A stretch of 64,000 bases of DNA from Bryobacterales bacterium (GTDB lineage: Bacteria > Acidobacteriota > Terriglobia > Bryobacterales > UBA6623). Shown in pieces: positions 47,904 through 55,286 of the stretch (position 1 is its first letter; every line of letters starts with the position of its first letter). The stretch is taken from NCBI GenBank assembly GCA_965238045.1, contig CBDEGU010000007.1, forward strand, positions 67,271-131,270, read 5' to 3'. The notes below the pieces were generated by a model that had not been told where the DNA came from, did no database searches, and saw nothing but the letters and a program-made list of their open reading frames with translations. The position numbers were made by a program, and so were the translations under genes.

Positions 47904-47934
47904 AAGTTTCACCCGTTCTATTCGCGCCCGCAAT

Positions 47935-47967
47935 AAAAAAGCCCGCCCGGCTCGAAGCCGGCGGGCC
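47935..47967 (-). terminator. intrinsic terminator of the his leader (attenuator)
   Basis: Minus strand GGCCCGCCGGCT-TCG-AGCCGGGCGGGC (10 bp, one bulge) followed by TTTTTTATT. It lies ~22 nt upstream of the hisI GTG. Confidence 0.8.
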
Positions 47968-47996
47968 AGTCTTTCAGCCAATATCAGATCGAAGGA

Positions 47997-48080
47997 TTAC
48001 GGCATGAAAGGGTCCCACCGGCTGATGACCCCGTGGTGATGGGCATGAGGATGGCGACCGTGCTGCAATCCGAAAAGCAT
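47997..48080 (-). CDS. candidate his operon leader peptide (27 aa) MLFGLQHGRHPHAHHHGVISRWDPFMP
   Basis: Six His codons, five of them within codons 10-16, including CAT CAC CAC. The ORF is positioned between a promoter-like element and the terminator. Confidence 0.6.
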   Translation of the reverse strand: MLFGLQHGRHPHAHHHGVISRWDPFMP

Positions 48081-48088
48081 CAACCCTA

Positions 48089-48118
48089 AGTATATCCGCA
48101 AAATCCCGCCCGCGTCAA
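48089..48118 (-). promoter_or_regulatory. candidate promoter TTGACG-18-TATACT for the his leader
   Basis: Hexamers read on the minus strand (48118..48113 and 48094..48089). The -10 ends 8 nt before the leader ATG. Confidence 0.5.
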
Positions 48119-48148
48119 AGCTGCCACCCCCAGTTTGTTCTCCTTGCC

Positions 48149-48178
48149 GCCGCTTCCCCGCGCCGCTTCCCCGCGCCG
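48149..48178. repeat. 13-bp tandem repeat GCCGCTTCCCCGC x2.3
   Basis: Read directly. It is intergenic. Confidence 0.8.
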
Positions 48179-48267
48179 GAACCTGCCTCGGAACCCTTCC
48201 CCAAAATGTGCCCTCGGCCGATGGGCCCGGGAACGGCCTCGCCGGGCGCTAGGCGCCGCTAGCCATC

Positions 48268-49677
48268 TCAGAGCGGCCTTGCAACGGCGATATAGGGGCC
48301 CTCGGGCGACGACACGCCGTCAATCACGATGCGCACGCCCAAATCTCCATCCGCGGCGCTCTCCGGCACTCGCACGACGAGTTGATAGAGGCCCGCGCAG
48401 CAGGGCGCCAGGCCGGCATAGAAGATGTCTTCGGCCCCCAGTTCCATCCCTCCAAAAGCGACGCGAACTGACTGCGTCGCCAACGGCGCCAGAGGGTTGT
48501 CCGCGTTCACATATGGGGGGATCTCTCCAGCTTCGTATGAGGGCCGCGTCGGCCCAAACCCAGTGCCAAACAAGCTGATCGTTTCACCAGGAGCGGCCGG
48601 GGTGGTCTCCACTCCCTCGCCGAACAGTCCCGCTGCGCCCACCAGACCGGGACCGCCTTGGTGAAACGCGGCAATCGGGTTTCGTCCGTCGTCGCGGTTC
48701 ACAAAATCGAAGAAGGCTGGGGTGGTCGCGACGATGTCGACCGGCCTGGGCTGGCTGCGAACTTCATTTGTAGTGCCGCAGCTTCGCACGGCGACGACGC
48801 TGGCGGGACTCAGCCCTCCCAGATGAGGAACCTGTAGATTGATCTGACCCGGCAGTACAGCCAGAAGCGGAGACCGCTCCCCGTCAATCTCGACACAGGT
48901 ACCCGCTAGCTGCGTGCTGACCCGTCCGGTGCTGTCGAGGGCCGCAACCAGCGCCGCCACGCCCGAACGCGCAAACTCCTGGCCGTAGATCGTAACCAGC
49001 GCATAGGCCGTAACCGTGCGCACGACGGGCGTTCCGGTCGCCAAGACGATGCCGCCCTCGTTGATCGACAGCTGAGCCACACCAGCCGGGTCCGGCTCGA
49101 TACTTGCCTCAATGGTATAGACAACATCGCCGGTGTGGCGCCTGTCCCCGTTGGCCGCGTTGCCCGCCGCGGCAAAGCGCACACGCCCAATATCTTCCGA
49201 TGGGGCGGTCCAGTGCATCAGAAACGAACCGATCTCGCCCGTCGTGGGAAGCGTGTGAGTTGCCCATTGCAGCGGAGCGGACGCGCACGGGCTGATCTTG
49301 TCGCTCTCCTTCACTTGAACCGACGGCTCGGCGGCTGTGAACGACCCGGCAAGGTCACAGCCGTCCGTGGTGCGGGCGGTCAACTCAAACCCCCATCGAA
49401 GGGCGTTGGGGTCCTCGATTCTCACTTCGACCGGCATGATCTCGCCCGGCCGGTAGCGGTACTCTCCTATCGGCATCCCGCCAAGCAGGATGCTCACCCG
49501 GCCCGGCCCTGTGTTGACCTGCCCGACGTGGCAACTGCTCTGAGCGCAGCCGCCTTCTCCCGGAAAGTCTCCCCCGGTCGCACCGGCCGGCGCGCCGTCT
49601 TCGCGGGAAAGCAGCAATCCGGGCCAGCTCACCAGCAGCGTGCTCAGCACGGTCAACGCGAGCCGTCCGATCTTCAT
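48268..49677 (-). CDS. secreted protein with a Solibacter-type C-terminal domain
   Basis: C-terminus ...CAGLYQLVVRVPESAADGDLGVRIVIDGVSSPEGPYIAVARPL resembles the acidobacterial 'Soli_cterm' family. Signal MKIGRLALTVLSTLLVSWPG. The N-terminal domain contains GGCAQSSCH. Confidence 0.7.
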   Translation of the reverse strand: MKIGRLALTVLSTLLVSWPGLLLSREDGAPAGATGGDFPGEGGCAQSSCHVGQVNTGPGRVSILLGGMPIGEYRYRPGEIMPVEVRIEDPNALRWGFELTARTTDGCDLAGSFTAAEPSVQVKESDKISPCASAPLQWATHTLPTTGEIGSFLMHWTAPSEDIGRVRFAAAGNAANGDRRHTGDVVYTIEASIEPDPAGVAQLSINEGGIVLATGTPVVRTVTAYALVTIYGQEFARSGVAALVAALDSTGRVSTQLAGTCVEIDGERSPLLAVLPGQINLQVPHLGGLSPASVVAVRSCGTTNEVRSQPRPVDIVATTPAFFDFVNRDDGRNPIAAFHQGGPGLVGAAGLFGEGVETTPAAPGETISLFGTGFGPTRPSYEAGEIPPYVNADNPLAPLATQSVRVAFGGMELGAEDIFYAGLAPCCAGLYQLVVRVPESAADGDLGVRIVIDGVSSPEGPYIAVARPL

Positions 49678-49709
49678 GAAGGTCTTTCCGCGCCCGCCCA
49701 GCCCGATGC

Positions 49710-51605
49710 CTACCAGCCGTCGGCGTAACGCGACCGGTACGGGTCCGCTCCAGCCGAGATCACTCCGTTGGGGCTCATCACCACCGCCACCGGCGCCGAC
49801 CCGCTGTTCCATTCGCTCCGGCGTTCGATCTCGTGGCCCCACTCCTTGAGCTTGGCCTCCACCACTGCGGTGAATCGCACGTCGAGCAAAAGCAGATTCG
49901 GATCCATCGCATGGTCGTCAAAGCTGGCGACCAAATGGCGCGTCTGAACCCGTGGCGCCTCGACCGCCGCCTGAGGCTGCAAGCCGAACTCCACGATCGC
50001 CAGCATCACTTGCAGCAAAGCCTGGTCCTGCTGGTCGCCGCCCGGGGTCGAAAGGGCGATCAGCGGCTCGCCTCCGCGCGTCACGATCGTGGGCGAGAGC
50101 GTAATGCGCGGCCGCTTGCCCGGCGCGACGACATTCGGATGATCGGGAATCATCACGAAACTCTGGGCGCGCTGCGTGAGCGGGATACCCGTGTCGCCCG
50201 CGATCACCGACGGCATCCAGGCGCCTGATGGCGTGGAGGAAAACATCATTCCGCTACTGTCGATCAGGTTCAGGCAGGTCGTGTCTTTCGAGGCCAGCGC
50301 GTCGGTCAGCGGCCGCAACTGTCCTGCCCAGAGCGACGGGTGCGGGGGCGTGCCCTCACCGAATTTCCCCGGACGAAATTCAGCCGACGCCCGCGCCGGA
50401 TCGATCAGCTTCCGCCGCCGCGCCGCGTACTCCTTGCTCAGCAGTTCTCTGGGAATATCCACGAATTTCGGATCGGCATAGTAGGTGTCCCGATCGGCGT
50501 ACGCCAGCTTGAGGGCCTCGACGATAGTATGGATATATTCCGGTGCATTCCAGCCCATCGAGCGCAGATCATAGCCTTCGAGCAAATTGAGGGCCTCGAT
50601 CATCACCGGTCCTTGCGTCCAGAACCCGCTCTTGTAGACCCCGAATCCCCGATAAGTCGTCCGCTCCGGCTGCTCGACTTCGAGCCGGAAGGCGGCCATG
50701 TCCTCGTACCGCAGCAACCCTCCGTTCTGGCGGCAGAACTCACCGATGCGGCGCGCAATGTCACCCCGATAGAAGAAGTCGCGCACCGCGTCGATCGCCC
50801 TTTCCCGCCCCGCTCCCTCCGCCAGCGCCTTCTTCTCGGCTCCCACCATCGCGCGAAGCGTGCGGGCCAGATCCGGTTGCCGGAAGATACTCCCCACGCG
50901 AGGCGCCCGCCCTCCGGGCATAAACACCTTTTGCGAGGTTGGAAAGAGCCGGAAAATTCTCGCCGACTGGGCGATTGACGACGCCCGCAGCCGGTCCAGT
51001 GGCAGCCGCTCGGCAAGGTCGATCGCCGGCCGAGCCACCTCGGAAAACGATTTCGTGCCAAAATCTCTCAGCGCCAGTAATCCCCCATCGACCATGCCAG
51101 GGACCAGCACCGGCAACATGCCATACGACGGAATCGGACCGTTCTTCCTGCCGCGCCTGAGCGCTTCCTGATCAAATTCGGCATTTCCCCGCGGGCTCTC
51201 AAAAACCGCGCGGGTCATCTTCGCCGGGGCCGTCCCCAATCCTGAGATCGAGTGGACCTTGCCGTCTTTCGTCCGGATGAGAATCGGCGCCTCTCCGCCA
51301 AAGCCAAAATGCGAGAATTCCGACACGGCGCCGGCGAAGAGCCCGGCCACGCCCGCGTCGACCGCATTGCCTCGCGCGTGAAAGATCCGCATCGACGCCT
51401 CGGTCACCAGCGGAGTGCCGGCGGCTACCGCTGCCCTGGTGCCCCGAACTACCGGCCGCATCAGCCGCCAGCTCTTCATATACTTAGGCGGCCGCGGCCG
51501 CTTCGCCGGGGACTGCTTAGGCGGGGACTGGGACCAGACCGGCGGCGCAAGCCAAATCCACGTGACTCCCGCGATTGCTGTCAACAGAAGAAACAAGCGT
51601 CTCAT
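49710..51605 (-). CDS. ggt: gamma-glutamyltranspeptidase family protein
   Basis: GGT-like sequence with autoprocessing Thr context KDTTCLNLID and TPGGDQQDQ. Signal MRRLFLLLTAIAG. Confidence 0.85.
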   Translation of the reverse strand: MRRLFLLLTAIAGVTWIWLAPPVWSQSPPKQSPAKRPRPPKYMKSWRLMRPVVRGTRAAVAAGTPLVTEASMRIFHARGNAVDAGVAGLFAGAVSEFSHFGFGGEAPILIRTKDGKVHSISGLGTAPAKMTRAVFESPRGNAEFDQEALRRGRKNGPIPSYGMLPVLVPGMVDGGLLALRDFGTKSFSEVARPAIDLAERLPLDRLRASSIAQSARIFRLFPTSQKVFMPGGRAPRVGSIFRQPDLARTLRAMVGAEKKALAEGAGRERAIDAVRDFFYRGDIARRIGEFCRQNGGLLRYEDMAAFRLEVEQPERTTYRGFGVYKSGFWTQGPVMIEALNLLEGYDLRSMGWNAPEYIHTIVEALKLAYADRDTYYADPKFVDIPRELLSKEYAARRRKLIDPARASAEFRPGKFGEGTPPHPSLWAGQLRPLTDALASKDTTCLNLIDSSGMMFSSTPSGAWMPSVIAGDTGIPLTQRAQSFVMIPDHPNVVAPGKRPRITLSPTIVTRGGEPLIALSTPGGDQQDQALLQVMLAIVEFGLQPQAAVEAPRVQTRHLVASFDDHAMDPNLLLLDVRFTAVVEAKLKEWGHEIERRSEWNSGSAPVAVVMSPNGVISAGADPYRSRYADGW

Positions 51606-51924
51606 CAAGGGCTCCAAAGCGAGATGCCCGTCATCATAGCAGTCCATGTCCGTTTTGCTTCCCGAACGGATCCCGGCGGCCTCGCGCTTCCGGGCGAAAC
51701 TCCTAGGCTCGGCCCCGTCCTGGGAGGCGAGACGAGACAAAATGAGACAGGGTATAACGGTATCGGCGACGGCTGGATCGGCCGATTTTCGGCCATGGGG
51801 GCGGCACAAAGTCCCGCGATTGTTTCGCGGGCAAAAACAGAAGACCAGGGCCGCCGCCTCGCGGCTGGCGACCCTGGTTGGGTAGTGCGGATAGTTGGAG
51901 GAATTCGAGGTTCGCGCCGAGAAA

Positions 51925-52521
51925 CTAGTTCGTTTCGCTCCCCGGAGGCGGTCCGCGCCGCCGACCCCGGCCGCCGCCGAGAAAGACCGTGCCGGAGCCG
52001 TCTCCGCCCGGTCCCCTGCGTCCGCCGAAACCGCGCGACGGTCCGCCTGGACCGCCGGGACCGCCGGGACCCGCGAGCAAGTTCATGCCGACGGCCTGCT
52101 GGGCGACACCCATCAGGCTCAGCGCTTGCTGCAACTGGGCCAGCCGCTGCTGCTGGCTCTCATCGAGAACGAGCAGCGACGCGGCCCGGGACTCGTCCCG
52201 CAGCGTCTTCATCTGGTTTCTGAGATCGTGGATTTCGACCGTGAGCTGACCGGCGATGGCGGCGTTGGGGCTTTCCTGCCCCATCTCCTCGCGGAGCAGA
52301 CGGCTTTTTTCGCCGATCTGCCGTATCAGGTCGCGAGAAGCCTCCCGCAGTGTCTGCTGGTTCGCCCGCAGGTCGGCGACCTGTTGTTCGGCGAGTCCCA
52401 GATGCTCAACGAGAACGCCAAAGCCAGAACCTCGCCGCCAGCGCCGAGATCCTGGATCGTCTTGAGCCCAGAGAGTGCCCATCGACAGAACGATGGTCAT
52501 GCAAGCAATGAGTAGTTTCAT
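51925..52521 (-). CDS. Spy/CpxP-like periplasmic protein with a Gly/Pro/Arg-rich tail
   Basis: Signal MKLLIACMTIVLSMGTLWA, two LxxxQ-type helices (LGLAEQQVADL, LDESQQQRLAQL) and the tail GPGGPGGPGGPSRGFGGRRGPGG... RBS AGGAGA. Confidence 0.65.
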   Translation of the reverse strand: MKLLIACMTIVLSMGTLWAQDDPGSRRWRRGSGFGVLVEHLGLAEQQVADLRANQQTLREASRDLIRQIGEKSRLLREEMGQESPNAAIAGQLTVEIHDLRNQMKTLRDESRAASLLVLDESQQQRLAQLQQALSLMGVAQQAVGMNLLAGPGGPGGPGGPSRGFGGRRGPGGDGSGTVFLGGGRGRRRGPPPGSETN

Positions 52522-52919
52522 GTGAGTTCTCCTGGACGCGGGGGGCATATTCGTTGACGGAAGAAATGGAACAGAGCATTGGTTCCCTCGCACGCCATAT
52601 CCTTATCTGTCTATCTGTCTGATGAGACGGCCGGACCGCGACCGGGGCTACACCGCAGCGGTTAAATCAGCGTAAAAGCTGTTTAACAACTTCTTAACAA
52701 GGATCACTTGGCCAGCATCAGGATCAGATCAGGCTGTCGGGACCCCGGGGCCGGTCCAGCTTGCCGCCGAGTACCCCGTGTCGCCAAGTACTGCTGTGCG
52801 GCCATGAGACGGATGTGCCTCGCCAGGGAAAGTCAGGAACAAGGGAGGGCTGGAGACGAGCTAATCAAAAGGGGTCTGGAACGATTCCAACCGCCCCTCA
52901 ACCGGGCTCGTGAAATGGC

Positions 52920-54212
52920 TCAGACCGATTCGGGAACCACAAACGGTTTGCGGTAACGGCGCGTGAGGTAGGAATTGGCCTCGTCATCGCCGGGGAAGTT
53001 CTCCCACGCCGAATCGAAAGTGAGTTTCCGTCCCGTGCGATAGGAGATGTTGCCCAGGTGGCAGAGAGCCGAGGAAAGGTGGCCTTCGAGAATCTCGGCG
53101 TTCAGCACCCTTCTCTCGCGGCTCTTGACGGCGTTGAGGAAGTTCTGGAAGTGCGACTCGCCACCGGACGCGGGCCTGCTTCCCGGACCCGGTTCGCCCT
53201 TCTCGCCCATGTAGGCCTTCCAGCCGTGGCGGCCCATCGTCACGTAGCCCTCGGTTCCATAGAAGATGTTGCCGACCGTGACGCCCTTCTCGTCGTTGGT
53301 GAGCAAGCCGCGCACCTCGAACACCAGCAGTGCGTCGTCGTACTCAAAGGTGGTGACCTGCGTGTTGGGCGTTTCCTGGTCGTCGTCGTACTGAAACTTG
53401 GCTCCGGCGCCGTGGATCTTTCGCGGCAGGTCGCTCTTTCCCAGGCCCCAACGGGCGATATCCATCTGGTGGATGCCCTGATTGCCCATGTCGGTCGTGC
53501 CGTAGTCCCAGAACCAGTGCCATTGATAGTGCAGGCGGTTGGAGTTGAACGGCCTCTCGGGGGCCGGCCCTAGCCACAGGTTATAGTCTAGTCCTTCGGG
53601 GACGGGCGAGTCGGGCACGCGGCCAATCGACTTGCGGCGTTTGTAGCACAGGGCTTTGGCCATATAGATCTTGCCGATGCCGCCCTCATGCAGGAACTTC
53701 ATCGCTTCCTGCATGTCGACTTCGCTGCGGCTCTGGGTGCCGGTCTGCACGATGCGGTCGTATTTGCGGGCCGCTTCGACGATGCGGCGTCCTTCGCTGA
53801 TGTTATGCGAGACCGGCTTTTCGACATACACGTCCTTGCCGGCCTGGCAGGCCCAGATGGCGGCCAGGGCGTGCCAGTGATCGGGCGTGGCAATCGAGAC
53901 GAGGTCGATGTCCTTGTCGTCCATCACGCGCCGCAGGTCCTGCACGACCTTGGGCCTGGGTCCGCCGGCCTCTTCCACGATCTTCAAAGCCTTGCCGACC
54001 ACATTGAGATCGGTGTCGCATATTGTGGTAACGACCGAATCCGGCGATGCGGTGAAACCCTTGACATGGCTGCGCCCGCGCCCGCGAACGCCAATCACCG
54101 CAACGCGCAGGCGCTCGCTCGGTAGTCGCGCTCCGGCGGCCGATGCGGCGCTCGCGCTCAAGGGGGCGGCCGCTGCCGCCACGGTATTTCTCAAGAAGGA
54201 TCGACGGTCCAT
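52920..54212 (-). CDS. Gfo/Idh/MocA family oxidoreductase with a Tat signal
   Basis: MDRRSFLRNTVAAAAA..., Rossmann motif RVAVIGVRGRGRSH and a family-typical C-terminal alpha/beta domain. Confidence 0.85.
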   Translation of the reverse strand: MDRRSFLRNTVAAAAAPLSASAASAAGARLPSERLRVAVIGVRGRGRSHVKGFTASPDSVVTTICDTDLNVVGKALKIVEEAGGPRPKVVQDLRRVMDDKDIDLVSIATPDHWHALAAIWACQAGKDVYVEKPVSHNISEGRRIVEAARKYDRIVQTGTQSRSEVDMQEAMKFLHEGGIGKIYMAKALCYKRRKSIGRVPDSPVPEGLDYNLWLGPAPERPFNSNRLHYQWHWFWDYGTTDMGNQGIHQMDIARWGLGKSDLPRKIHGAGAKFQYDDDQETPNTQVTTFEYDDALLVFEVRGLLTNDEKGVTVGNIFYGTEGYVTMGRHGWKAYMGEKGEPGPGSRPASGGESHFQNFLNAVKSRERRVLNAEILEGHLSSALCHLGNISYRTGRKLTFDSAWENFPGDDEANSYLTRRYRKPFVVPESV

Positions 54213-54232
54213 GAGGGATCTCCTAGCCCCCC

Positions 54233-54261
54233 ACAATAGACGATTTTCCTTCCTGAGTCAA
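54233..54261 (-). promoter_or_regulatory. candidate promoter TTGACT-17-TATTGT for the oxidoreductase gene
   Basis: Read on the minus strand. It is followed by AGGAG and ATG 54212. Confidence 0.55.
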
Positions 54262-54343
54262 AGCCCCTAAACCGCCGGTAAGGGAGAGGCAACGGCGGGG
54301 CGACAGCAATTAGGGGGGCGAGACGGCGGGATTTGGGAGTGAC

Positions 54344-54364
54344 GTTGTGTCCGGTAATGCCCGG
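54344..54364 (-). repeat. copy 2 of the 21-nt core (CCGGGCATTACCGGACACAAC)
   Basis: 19/21 identical to copy 1 (24-44). It is preceded on the minus strand by AAAAAAAATCGCCAGAAA. Confidence 0.6.
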
Positions 54365-54473
54365 TTTCTGGCGATTTTTTTTGGTTTTTTTTTGTGAGGG
54401 AGACGGCTGAGGCTGGGTCGGGGAAGGGTTCTTGGGCGATGGGTGCTGGGGTCGGGGCTGGTTTCGCGGCGGC

Positions 54474-54494
54474 GTTTTGTCCGGATTTGCCCGG
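54474..54494 (-). repeat. copy 3 of the 21-nt core (CCGGGCAAATCCGGACAAAAC)
   Basis: 19/21 identical to copy 1, and 130 nt from copy 2 on the same strand. Confidence 0.6.
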
Positions 54495-54580
54495 ATTTTC
54501 GGAACTTCGGACGACTGCGGGCGGGTTGAGGGGCTCGACGGTGTCTCGCCCCCTAGCTCCGCTGCATGGTCTGGCGGATG

Positions 54581-54629
54581 GGTTGCCGGCTGGCTGGGGT
54601 TGCTGGCCGCGGTTGCCGACTGGCTGGGC
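54581..54629. repeat. direct repeat GGTTGCCGGCTGGCTGGGG / GGTTGCCGACTGGCTGGGC (30-nt period)
   Basis: Read directly. 17 of 19 nt are identical. Confidence 0.7.
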
Positions 54630-54680
54630 TGGCTAGCTTCGTTCTTTGTGGTGCTTGTTTTTCAAATTCAAAAAACTTTC

Positions 54681-54702
54681 AAAAAAGTGAGAGGCGCCTC
54701 TC
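54681..54702 (-). terminator. short hairpin plus double U-tract (possible intrinsic terminator, minus strand)
   Basis: Minus strand GAGAGGCGCCTCTC-AC-TTTTTT-GAAAG-TTTTTT. The stem is only ~5 bp. Confidence 0.45.
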
Positions 54703-55286
54703 GTTCCGACTATGTGATCCCGGCGGGCCGCTTCAGCCGGAAGTTGCAGGCGGTTCCGGGCGAAGGGTTCTCTGGCGCGGTCTTGCCGCGCAGTAGTCCC
54801 GCGCGGCGATGGTGCTCGACTGCGCTCGTAGCCCTTCGCGGTGGATGTCCACTTTCGAGAGCCGTCCGAAGACCCACCTTTGCGGTCACCCTCTCCTCTG
54901 TGATTCGAGGAGGTGATGAACCGCTGAGCGAGCTTTCTGTCCTGGCCAGGAAACGGTCGGGGGATCGCGGTGATCTATCCTTTCCGGTCGTTACGGGTAT
55001 AGGCTAGCACGGGGTGTCAAGTGTTTTGGGGTGTTTTTTGCGTATGTTGTTGATTTGGCGGGGGTGAATTGTTGTGACTCGGCTGTTGGGGAGGGGGTGC
55101 GGCGGTGGGTGGCGGGCGCGGGGGATTCATGGTTTGCTGGGGCGGGAAAAGCCGCGGATCTCAAAACCGAGATCCTATAGTTGGTGCAGACCAGGATCTG
55201 TTGTGGAAGGGGGAGAATCGTCGTCGGGTCTGTGGAAATGTGGAAAACTCCACAGTGGCGGCGCCGCCAACTATGACAGGATGGCC

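Noticed and set aside
47904-47981. ORF-track N-terminal extension of hisI (MAERLARRLRAGRAFLLRARIER...)
   Set aside because: These codons are the terminator stem and T-run of the his leader. HisI homology begins only at VKLDFSKLDG.
54432-55007. 191-aa plus-strand ORF in the skewed non-coding region
   Set aside because: The Gly/Trp/Val-rich translation follows from the G+T skew. There is no start context, no motifs, and it crosses the AT-rich terminator tract.
54700-55010. Identity of the central segment as RNase P RNA, tmRNA, SRP RNA or 6S RNA
   Set aside because: I could not find GGAAAGUCCGG or ACAGAAxCCGGCUUA (RNase P). I also found no tRNA-like 3' end or tag ORF (tmRNA), and no GGUCCGGAAGGAAGC helix-8 motif (SRP). 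It is left as unassigned rather than called.
55015-55020. Perfect TTGACA -35 hexamer on the minus strand as the promoter of the central segment
   Set aside because: The only -10-like hexamer (TATACC) is 13 nt away, which is too close for a sigma70 promoter. It is not called.
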